From NCBI GenBank assembly GCA_965644295.1, contig CBFFRP010000373.1, positions 124,001 through 188,000 of the forward strand: a stretch of 64,000 nucleotides of DNA, written 5' to 3'. The notes below the pieces were generated by a model that saw only the letters and a list, made by a program, of their open reading frames with translations, was not told the origin of the DNA and made no database searches. Positions 48,001 through 58,874 of the stretch are shown here, piece after piece; positions within the stretch are counted from its first letter, which is position 1; each line of letters starts with the position of its first letter. This DNA is from Paraphysomonas bandaiensis. Its lineage: Eukaryota; Protista; Chrysophyceae. Made by a program: the position numbers and the translations under genes.

Positions 48001-49833
48001 GTGAGCACTTCGTCTAGAGAGACAAGTGTGTGTGTCCCTAGTAGTCAAACTGCTAACCCGCCAGCTGCTATAAGCAAGAGGGTACGAACCCAAAGAGTGA
48101 TGACCAACGTGTCTACTCTGGGTGAAATCAACTTCCTGTGTGGGGAAGATGCCGTTAATATGTGTAAGGCAAGTGATGACTCATTGATTACTGACCCGTC
48201 TGATTATAGGGAGCCTGAGTCATACGAAGAGTCTCTTCAGTGTAGTGATGCAGACAAATGGAAGGAGGCGCGCAGATTAGAACGGAATGCACTTTTTCAG
48301 CGTGAAGTGTTTGAAGTAGTAGAAACTCCGCCTGATGCACGACCTCTTAAATCTCGTTACGTATATAAGCGAAAGTACAATAAGGATGGCTCCATCAAGA
48401 AGCATAAAGCACGACTTGTAGCACTTGGGTACGGTCAACAATCTGGCGTCGATGTGGACAACACATTTGCCCCTGTAGTCAAGAGTATATCTGTTCGGTT
48501 GATTCTGGCGTTGGCTCTTGTGTTCAGTATGTTTGTGCATCAACTCGATGTCTCCAGTGCGTTCTGTTATGCCGATATTGAAGGCGACGTTTACATGAAT
48601 CCTACTCCAGATTTTCAACTTCCACCTGGACATTGTTTTAAATTGAAGAAATCTCTATATGGACTCCGTAGTTCACCACGATCATGGTGGAAAACCATAA
48701 ACAAGTTCATCAAATCCTTGGGATTTCGACCGTGTGTGTTAGAACCTTGCTTGTATCATGCTGTATATAAAGGTCATAAAGTGTATCTCACCATATATGT
48801 GGATGACATCGTCATCGCATGTGCTGACCTTAATATTATTACAGAAATAAAAGCTAGATTCTGCGAACGATTCGACATGACGGATATGGGAGCCGTTGAA
48901 CATTTCCTGAATGTTCGTGTCACGCGAGGACAGGATTTCATTCAGCTGGATCAGCAGACATATGCGGAGAAAATTCTTCTCAAATTCGCTGATTTCCTCG
49001 GTCCCTCATCAAAAATCCGAAAGTCGCCGCTACCCCTCGATGCAATGGACAGAATTAATCAAGCAGACAGCGATCTCACACCTGAGGAGAAAGAGGGAGT
49101 AGATAATTATCCTTATCGCAGCCTACTGGGTGCCATGTTATATCTATCTATGAATACTCGCCCTGATATTGCATATGCAGTTGGTTTGTTATCTAGATAT
49201 GCATCTAAGCCTACCCGGGCTACATGTTATTTAATGACGTACCTATTGCAGTACGTTAGGGGTACAGTTCGAAAGGGTATTCGGTTCAGTAGTAAGCACT
49301 TCGACATGCACATCTTTACTGATGCAGACTGGGCTGGCGATGTGGTGTCACGCCGATCTACGACTGGATACATAGTATTTGCCGCCGGTGGACCACTTAT
49401 CTGGCAGTCCATTTTACAGGCTACCGTTTCAACGTCATCAATGCAAAGTGAGTATCAGGCTATGTATGCTGGCATGCAAGAACTGGTATGGCTTCGGGGG
49501 GTGTTGGACGAATTAGGACTCCGTCTACGCGAACCCACACCATTTTTCTTGGATAGCCAGAGTGCTCGTGACTTAGCATTGAATCCGGTGTTCCATAAGC
49601 GTTCAAAACACATCGAGATCAAATACCATTGGGTTAGGGAACACGTAGATCCAGATGGCCTCTTTAACACTGCCATATTGTACCACGTTGGAACAGATGA
49701 TCAGACAGCAGACATATTCACGAAATCGTTGTGTGGTGTAACTTTCGAGAAACACAGGAAGAGATGCCTAGGAGAGGATCGAAAATCATCTGTTGAGGTT
49801 ATTAGAGAAAAGACGTTCAAACGACGTAAGTGA
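45068..49833 (+). CDS. Copia B Gag-Pol polyprotein (one -1 frame break at 47585-47589)
   Basis: Two zinc knuckles; protease FLDSCAS; integrase LHKRCGH...CKAC and TVD/HADGGAE/VSERR; RT YVDD; RNase H FTDADWAG...ADIFTK. Confidence 0.92.
45084..45101 (+). other. Primer-binding site of copia B (tRNA-iMet-like)
   Basis: TGGTAGCAGA directly after the LTR. Confidence 0.75.
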
Positions 49834-49976
49834 TCAGTTGACTGTGCTGTGAGACTAGCTGAAATGTCGGAGTCATACGTCCACCTGTTTGTCCTGTTTG
49901 GTTTCGGTGGTTGCGTATCCGTCAGTTATGTCTTGTGATGTGAAGAGTCTATCTACAGCTTTGAATTGAGAGGGAG

Positions 49977-50295
49977 TGTTGAGTTCTGCTATATGAGAGC
50001 AATTGAAAGCTGTAGTTATAAGGTATTTAAATTACTGTATTATACAGTTGTAGTCTTGTTAATCGTATTGTGAGAATGAATGACGATAAGCACATAGCGG
50101 TAAAACGGAATATTGTGACGATGCAAGTTGTAGTGACGATGTAAGATCGTCGTACGAGAAATGAGTGGTAGTGGAGACAACATGATATTGATGAATGATA
50201 AGAGACATTGATTATAATTTATAATTCTCAGCTTTGAGTATAAGTTACCTTCTGTTGTTAAGTTAATACTTCTCATATAATGTCAAACCTTGACA
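49977..50295 (+). repeat. 3' LTR of copia B
   Basis: Copy of 44765-45083. Confidence 0.95.
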
Positions 50296-50559
50296 GTGCG
50301 CAGTTACTATATCATTTTATTACTAATTGTTTATTAGTAGAAAGTATAAGGGTCAATATACGCTTTAACATCAGCACACATAAGTATAAGCATGTCAAAC
50401 ATTGTTGACAAAGAACAAACTGAGCGCCTCCACAACAATCGCCACGATACAGAGTATAAGCTGGTTGCATATATTCAACAGCTTTGAAGTATTTAAGTGT
50501 AGTAGTGAAAATGTTTGTTGGGGACAACACAACGCGTTGTAATAAAAAATGTACCTGCA

Positions 50560-50760
50560 TATCTGCACATGAAGGTGACCTCGATGAAGAGAAGGAGGAT
50601 GATGAGGAAGTTCGTATACATAAAGACAACCGACAGCGCAAGTTGCATTAAGCATTTGTATATCGTATATCACTACCAATTTTGTGAGAGGTTATTTAGA
50701 AGAGCTAAGATTGTTATTACTCATTTTCGCATGCGAAAGACTCATTCTTTGTGCAAGTCG
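50560..50760 (+). mobile_element. hAT transposase C-terminal relic
   Basis: FCERLFRRAKIVITHFR preceded by an acidic tract. Confidence 0.55.
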
Positions 50761-51339
50761 GCATCTTTGGGAAAGATTACAGTTCAGAAAGTTATTTTAT
50801 CTCTTCCTATTGCCTCGGTGGACAGAGTAACCTAGCTCTGTCAGGATGATCATCACACGGTATTGAACATTAAACGTAAAAGCAACACCTTACATATTCT
50901 AGTGTCAGAATGCGGCTAAATTTAATATGATGGGTTATACGTTATACCACAAACCTTAATCCTTAACAAGTACTCGCGAATATTTATAATCTATACAAAT
51001 TACAAATCTCTTCTCTGAGAAACTGCTACAGCGTTGCAACACACGGCTCCAATAGAATTACTGTGTTTCAGCTATGGTTTGGTATTCATAAGGTTATAAG
51101 GTATGACTTAAGGGGAGCGAATCCATGCGTTCCCCTAACGACCTTGTCATATGTCATATAGTATACTATCAGCTATTGAAATTCACATTGCTACATATTT
51201 TACAATCAGATTTCGTCTCCATTATTATATATGTTTCGACGGTGGTGATATATTAGCCAGCTAATTCGTGACAAATTAACAATGTGTCACCACTTTATCC
51301 TATTCCATTCTGGCTAGTACAGATTCGTGCACTTGCTGT

Positions 51340-53053
51340 TCACCTGGTTAGCGTAAACTCATCCAAAAGGACAGGACCTTGAGGAGACTCTCCTGTCACA
51401 GAGGAACTGTAGTATTTCCATTGGATCTGATCCGCAGACACAGTCAGCAGAGCCAGTCCTACATCAACATGTGTTGCGGCTGACCATTCAGGAAGCTCTT
51501 CCTGAGGAGGGTAAGAACCTTTATTCCCCTCTCGGTTGCCGGATGCGCCTTGTAGGACATACACAGGGGCACCAGGTGCTGCGTAACTCGTGGAGACCCT
51601 AGACTGCTGATATACTGGATAAGTGCGTTCATAGGAGTGAACGTGGCCTTGTAACACGAGGTCAACGGAGTGAGAATAAAATACGTCTTCCGCCTTTGAT
51701 AGAAGGTATTCTGCCCCGCCACTACCACCAATACAGGCGTGGTCGCTTGAGCAATACATTGGGCGATGAAAATGAGCAATTACCCATGGAGTTGAGGATC
51801 TATCCACATTTGTCAAGTCCTTCTCCATCCACTCCAATTCGGCATCGGAAAACTGAGGTGTGTCAATTGGAGACTCGGAGTTACAGGCCAGGAAATGCGC
51901 GTGCTCGATATTGTACGAGTAGAACATGTTGTCGCCTGAACCTCCGCCATCTAACACTCCAGGCATTGTAAAGCGGTGTTTATAGGCAGAGAAATTGTAC
52001 CAAAATTCTGTGGCAAGAGTATTAGTACATGGTACGCATTGATAAATTTCGCAGTAACATGCGCATATTGAAGAATATTAAAACCACGGAATGAGTTCAG
52101 GAATATACGTTTTGGCTGCGCAGTTTGATGTGACTATTACCGTGGTTTCCAGGAGTAACCATGTATGGCACTCGGGAAGCAATAGGCTCAATCTTGTTGA
52201 AAAAAACATCCCAATGAGGCTCGTACCCATCCGCGTAAGAAATATCCCCGGAGTGAATGACTGCCTGAATATCTCCGTTCTCAACAAGTGAGACAAGATC
52301 AGATACAGTACCATCACTGGCTTCGCCGAAGTCCATATCTGCAATGACCGCGTAAGTAACGGTCTGTCCAGGAGTTAGAGTGGTGAAGCTAAAAACTTCC
52401 GACCAGATGTTGCCGTCACCGACTCTGTAGAAATAAGTGGTGCTTGGTTGTAGGTCCACCATTGTCGCACGATGAATAGTACCAACCCACCCTGCCGATG
52501 TGTAAGTGTCCAAAGACCCTGATTGAGAGGAAGATAGGTCTGAAGCAGAGAGGCCGTATTGAACGACAGACGCGGTTTGATTCAGTGAGACCCAAGTGAC
52601 GCCCATCAGGCTACGGTCTGAAGAGGCAAGACTGAGGTGCACTTGCTCGGGAGGAGAATCCGCTCCACAGCATTGGACTTCGCATTTATGTATAGTAGCA
52701 CACATTGCTTCGGGAATAGGCCAAGCAAGGTCCTCCATACCTTCAAATAGAGCCGGAGGGATTTGGACAAACACTTCAGCGATCTTATCACACACTTCCC
52801 TCTTCAAGAACTTATATTCCTTACAGTTTTCTTGCCTACATACACACATCACATACAAAGATATCATATATATTAATCTCTACATTTCTTTCAATATGTC
52901 CTCTACAGTAGTTTCATTTGTCCAGGTGTCTTGTAGTTGCTGCATTTGGCTCTGACATTCCAGACATTCTTCACTTGTATCCGGCACGGGATCTGAAGCA
53001 TGAGCACTGAGATAGATTGATGACAGGAGGGTGAATATAAAAAATCTCTGCAT
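51340..53053 (-). CDS. Secreted purple acid phosphatase with N-terminal saposin-like domain (3 exons)
   Basis: Signal peptide; 6-Cys saposin pattern; PAP FN3 PPEQVHLSL...YFYRVG; metal motifs ADMD, GDISYAD, PGNH|E, HFHRPMY, GHVHSYER. Confidence 0.92.
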
Positions 53054-53647
53054 TGTTAATTGTCTAGCAATGCAGGAGTGTGTTAATGGAATAGTGTTAA
53101 AGTATAGAATTCTATGCATGTAAGTTATTCTCGCATTATGTGTACGTAGTATACCGGTATACCATACTCTAAACGGCAGAAGAGTGCAGTGGAGCTAATG
53201 CATTCACATCATTCCAATCGCGATATATCGCGATTCTCTCCAATGTACGTATTATACAGTAGTATTTGAATTCGTTAGGGTGGGTCTTTTATAAATGGAC
53301 ATTTTTACCATACCTCATTGACGATATCGAGAACTCTAGTGGCGGAAAAAACTCTACCTTTTTCAAAACCTACCCATAGGAGGTTTTTTCCACTGGGTAC
53401 AGTCGTATCGGCATCCTTTGCATTTTTGTTTCAAATATTGAGTCTCAAAAAACAGTTTTTTCCGCCACTGAAATTCCAAAAAAGGCCAAAGGTACAGCTA
53501 AAAGTCTCTGCAAACATAAATTTGTATCCAAAACCAATTGATTTAGTCCACAAAATAAGGGGTTTTCTCCTTGTAAGATATTTCAAGCAAGCATTGACAT
53601 CAAGCCAATGCATTGATACGGAAGTCCTAGCTAGACATATCTTAACA

Positions 53648-54973
53648 ATGCATTCCAATCGTCCCTCTATACTTGTATTTGGTGCAGTTGGAATTGATTT
53701 CTTATCAGTGGTTCAAGAATATCCTCAACCTGATTCAAAAATACGAGCAGAGAGATCGGAGTTATGCGGTGGAGGGAATGCTGGGAACACATCAGTAACA
53801 CTGTGTAACCTAGCTGTTAATTGTTGTTTAATATCTAAAGTGGGAAATGATTCATATGGAAATATTATTTTAAATGAGTTATTAGAGTCAGGTGTGGATG
53901 TTTCTTATTGTGTTAATGGAGTGGATATGATATCAGCCTTTACGTATGTGATTGTATGCCCGAAACAGTCAACGAGGACGTGTATACACACACCTTTACG
54001 AGAGGAAATTACTAACAGGGAAATAGATAGTATTCTCAGTCGATTATGTATTGCCGATCACTCGCTTGTGCACTTTGATTCTCGCCATACTTCTGCTGCT
54101 GTTAGGTTGGCACATCACATGGCACCGTACCTCGAGAAGTCACTAATGTGCACGATAGATTTGGAGAAACCTCGAACACATATAGATAAACTTCTTCCAT
54201 TTGTAGATATTATTTTTACTAACCGTAGATGCGCGGACATGTTTTTCCCTGAAGCGTAAGCAATGTATGCAGTTGACTAATGCTATCCTGACAGTGCATT
54301 GTAGTGATGGAATTTGCTCTGATTATAGAGCTTCACTCTTTTTGTGCTCACAGTGTAATGCATACCGATGCAAAGCAGTGGTGTGTACTATGGGAGAGAG
54401 AGGATCTCTACTAATAAGGCGTCGAGGGGATGCAGAAGTGAACATTATGAAGTCTTCATTAATGCCCGAGAGAAACACCTGGTTAAGCGCCTTCGATGGC
54501 GTGCTCTATTCGTCCACTCAAGTCATTGGTAAAGAATTTTTGCCTCCTATTCGTGTATTCCATGAGCTTGTAGAGATATCTTCCCCCCAAAGTAACGATA
54601 AAGTTGCCCTTGATATTATACGGTGCCTAATCGCAATCTGTGTATTGGTTATCCCTAATTGTATTTCTCTCCAGATGCTCGGCGTGGCCCATGGAAAACG
54701 TTGTCGACACTACCGGTGCCGGAGATGCATTCATTGGTGGCTTTCTGAGTGCCCTTGTTCACGATCGATCCTGGGAGGTAATGTTAAAGATCCGCTACCA
54801 CCTTTTCTTAGGCTGTTTTATAGGACTGCCTGGCGATGGGTACACTTGTTGCGTCGGAAAAATTGACTGAAGTGGGAGCAAGGAGAGGGATACCAACATT
54901 AAATAAAGTTGCAGAGATATTAGAAGCCTGTAAAGTAGAGATGAACAGGATATGTGTTGACGATAACAAGTAA
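53648..54973 (+). CDS. pfkB/ribokinase-family sugar kinase (4 exons)
   Basis: GGGNAGNTS...SKVGNDSYG and VDTTGAGDAFIGG signatures; three GT-AG introns; stop TAA at 54971-54973. Confidence 0.9.
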
Positions 54974-55129
54974 ACGTCCATCGCGAAAATAGATCAAGTT
55001 TCGGGTTGTATGTAAGTCTTATTATTAGCAATAGGCATCAAGAATCTGCACTAGATAAGTAGCTAGTAGATGAAAACTAGTCAAGCTAGATAAACTTTTA
55101 CTTGTAACTAAATAGTACAAATTGTAATA

Positions 55130-56870
55130 ATATCCTACTCTGTAACGCTACGAAAGCTACTTCTGCACAAGCACCAAGGTGCAACCAATTCGTTCTTGTA
55201 CGTGAGTCCTAGATGGGTTTGGTCAGGGGGGCACCCCTTGGGGTAGGGCTTTGGGGAGGTACATGATTTCGAATTAGTGAGTCGAGTGTTACTAAAAAAC
55301 ATTTGCAATTAAATTGCAATTAATTGTTACGCAGCCTAGTAGATTAGGGCTCCGACGTGTCTGGAGATGGCGCGGGCTGCGAGGTGGGATTGGGGCGAAG
55401 GAATAGCTGGCGGAGACGGCGCCGTGGCATATCCACTTGTGCAGGGATTGTAGGAGAGGTAGACGCGTGGGGTGAGCTAGGCCTCCTCGTTGCACCTATT
55501 AAGCGAAGAATCAGCGGTTTTCGTCGTGTGTTTCTACGCTTAAACCGTGTTATGCAAGGTTTCTGGCATGTTCTGGGGGGAATCTATGTGGCCCCTTGAG
55601 TGTGGCAACGTAACGGCGACTGCGGTCTTGAATTACTTGTTAGGCTGCAGTATTAAACGGCTGACGAAGATTGATAACTGCATTCTCAAGAGCACGAAGT
55701 CCTCGCGAGGTTAAAGCACCGTAGTACTGCGCGCCAAACACATTCTCCACCTGGGCCTCAGTAATAGTCCACATCCAGAATTCTCAATCTGCGGTATTGA
55801 GGTAGTAAGGCCCAGCTTATGCGGAAGTAAGGCACCACTTTCTTTCCAGTAACCAGGTGCGCGATCACGATTATGACCGTAGAGCTGGTCGCGAAGTGCA
55901 GTATTATTCTCAATAGTCCATTGATCACAAGGGTTTGAATACCAACGATCAAAGGCTGTGTGACGTATATGGCTGCGTTTCAGAAAGACGCCAGTGCCAT
56001 ATTCCGAATTTTAGAATGCGTTCCATGGCTCGGGCAACATTAATTTCAAAGAAAGCGTAATATTGTGACGGCCTAGTATGCGCTAAACCGAAACCGCCCG
56101 AAACCGCGTCTGCTATATGTAAATTCCTTTGTCTTCATATCCATTCAGCTTCAGTGGTGTGCATCTCGGGTGGGAATGTTGGTACACGTCATAGTTGCCG
56201 CTCTGCTCTCAAGGAAGACCCCTTTAGCACGACGTCAGTAGTTCGTACGAGTACGGGTCAATGCATGGTATATCTCTCACTGGAGTTGTTAGTCGTACCA
56301 CATCCCCAATCGCATTCCTGTGGAAGCCAGACGACAACTGCGCCTCCGGATTTAGACCATCGTGTGTGGGAGTTTTGAGTTGTTATCACTGCGTGTGTGT
56401 CACTGCAATTCGCATTACATGAGTCACTGTCGAAATAATGTACAAAATCAATACAATTATTTAAAACTAGTAGTTTCGAATTAAACAAATGTACGGCAAA
56501 ACTAAAAGCCTCAACTAATTCTCGTTGCAGATAGTTGTCAAATACCAGATATAGGCGTCTTGTCACTTCAATAGATAGAATGATATATGTAGTGAAGCGT
56601 TATCCAAATTCCTCACTGTACCATTGACAACAGATGTTAACCATTGATGTTACATGGTAACCATTAATGTTAAATGCCATTATAATTGCCGGACGTTAAA
56701 TGCCATTATAATTGCCGGACATTGTTCACTAGTAGTAAATGTCTTATTTTTAGTAGTATGCGTTTAAGAGTCAGTGTTTAACTCTGATATCCTACTATAT
56801 TCAGCGCCGCGAAAGCTGCTTGAGCGTCACCGCATGTACCAAGGTACAACCACTTTCGCTCTCTTACTCA
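55130..56870 (-). mobile_element. GC-richer degenerate coding-like region, possibly a non-LTR retroelement relic
   Basis: Interrupted minus-strand frames; two diverged ~70-bp direct copies (55130-55197 and 56788-56866); no diagnostic RT motif seen. Confidence 0.25.
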
Positions 56871-57899
56871 AAGCAAACGCCGTGATCAAGCAGAATGTTG
56901 ATATACCTGACACCTGCTGACTTTTTAAGGGTGAACAGCCCGGATGCTTGACTTAGCAGGCAGCCCAATACTCCGGATGCCCTTGAGGTGAGCTTATTCC
57001 CGGATGCCTGTTTATTTGTCAAGGCATTCCCTCAGACGTCTACTACGTAAGTGACACTTTTATTAAGTACCAGACAAGCCTTAGGCTATTGGTAGAAGAC
57101 AGAAAAAGCATCACGTTAGTTTCCCGGGGAGTAATATCTTCGGTATTTATCCCCCAGAACACCACGAAAAGGTGCGAGTCCGACTTTGATGAGGGCAATG
57201 TTCATTAATGACATTATAATAGCCGGTAACGGGGATCAAATTAATGGCATTTACTGGTACATGATATGTGCTACAAAAAGAATTAAGTATTTTTAAGATA
57301 TAGTATCTCCTCTATTCTCCGAACAGCTACTCTGTGGCAACTTTGCGCATTATCAGCGGAAAATTTAAAGTTATAAGTGATAGCTAAAAGTTCGTGAGCA
57401 ACAACATACTCGACAATTGAAGTGCCTATATTTTGTGATAATATATATGTTTAGTGATGCTCGGGTTAAGTAATAATAGCTCACAGTACAACAAATATAA
57501 CAGCTATAGCGACTGTTATATGACCATATCATTCCTACTCCATCAACACACACTATGATAAATATACAAATATCATACTTTTATTTACTTCTCTCCATCA
57601 TACAGAATGAAAAAAATCAATCATGCTTATGTTATTCTCACGCTTAATGAAAGATTTCGCTTCCTTTTATGCTGATAGGGACTATCTAATGGCCCCAACT
57701 ATGACCAAAAATCTAAATTATATTTTTTAAGAGCGATAGTGGCAAGCAAAGTTGATGGCAGTGTAGTTCACAAAGTTTTCTTCGAGTGAATTCGATCCTC
57801 TGTATCATTTCTTTCGTTGTGCAATGGTCGCCTAAAGCGAGATAAAGCGAGGTTACACGTCTAGTGTGTATCATCATATAACGATGAAAGTGAGTTAAC

Positions 57900-58475
57900 A
57901 GGCAATGAAGAGCAGTCAGACATCTAGATTCATCCGTTGATGTTAGTGCATCGGATAGCAATAACGACGACGAAATGGAATGAATTGGTTTTGCACAGTG
58001 TGTTCTGGACAGCACCGAGTTTACCAAGAGAGGTCGACATAGTACCTATGAGTCCACCTACCGCAGCTTGCTTCATATCGAAGCATAATCTAATATGTCT
58101 GTTGTTGAGAGGTTCTCTAGTCGAAAAAAGTTGATAATGACACCTGAGCGTCAAAACATGAATCTAATTACATTCCTATTCCTACGAGCCAATTGTATGT
58201 TGTGGGGTGCTAATACTCTCCATATGAAGCCTTGCAAGTAGATCCTGATGATCCAGTGGAGGGCTAGAAAAGATGATATGTAGTTACGATTTATAGTCTG
58301 TTATATAACTTTAACAGTAATTAAGGGAGCATCCATACTATATTTTATATTTTGAGCGATAGTATCTAGTTAGGTATATGGCCATAATAATTGCCAGGGT
58401 ATATTTCATTAATGTTATTATAATTGCCGGGAACCGGGCACCAATTAATGAGCCAATAATGGTTACCAGGCCCTG
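57900..58475 (+). mobile_element. hAT relic, right end
   Basis: SVVERFSSRKKLIMTPERQNMN at ~58095-58165; ATAATTGCCGG subterminal repeats (also at 56680-56720 and ~57215); terminus GGTTACCAGGCCCTG. Confidence 0.6.
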
Positions 58476-58874
58476 GTGTTCGCCTGTCCTCTTAAGGACA
58501 TACTTCAGTACGATGACTCTGCCAAAGTTTTTAGGCAGCGACTTGATTTATAGGTTAGCCAAGCGGTTTTGTAGCGTAACATAGTCTGAATTCTGAATTA
58601 GTTCCATGAGTCTTGGGTCCTTAAATGCGGATCATCACCATATCTTGTGTCGTTTACAACAATAGTAAATAATTTGTAGCATGTGTACATGAATGCAATA
58701 GTAGACACTTAATAAATAAAATTGTTGTGTAGTACTATATTCTTCTCCCAATTGTACTCACCGAAGAATTACATGCAAGTCACATTGGTTATATATTATA
58801 TTAGACGATAACAACGCATCTTTACAAGTTCTAAAACACTACTAGTCCATCAAATTAACCTGAGCAATCAACCA

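Larger units (their letters stand above)
44765..50295 (+). mobile_element. Full-length Ty1/copia LTR retrotransposon B (5531 bp)
   Basis: 319-bp TG...CA LTRs that appear identical; TSD GTGCG (44760-44764 and 50296-50300); PBS TGGTAGCAGA at 45084; PPT TGAGAGGGAG at 49967-49976. Confidence 0.97.

Noticed and set aside
53318-53647. 110-aa N-terminal extension on the pfkB ORF
   Set aside because: Starts at a non-ATG codon in repeat-like DNA; homology begins at the ATG at 53648.
56630-56725. CRISPR-like short repeats
   Set aside because: Tandem or subterminal transposon repeats without unique spacers; no cas genes; eukaryotic context.
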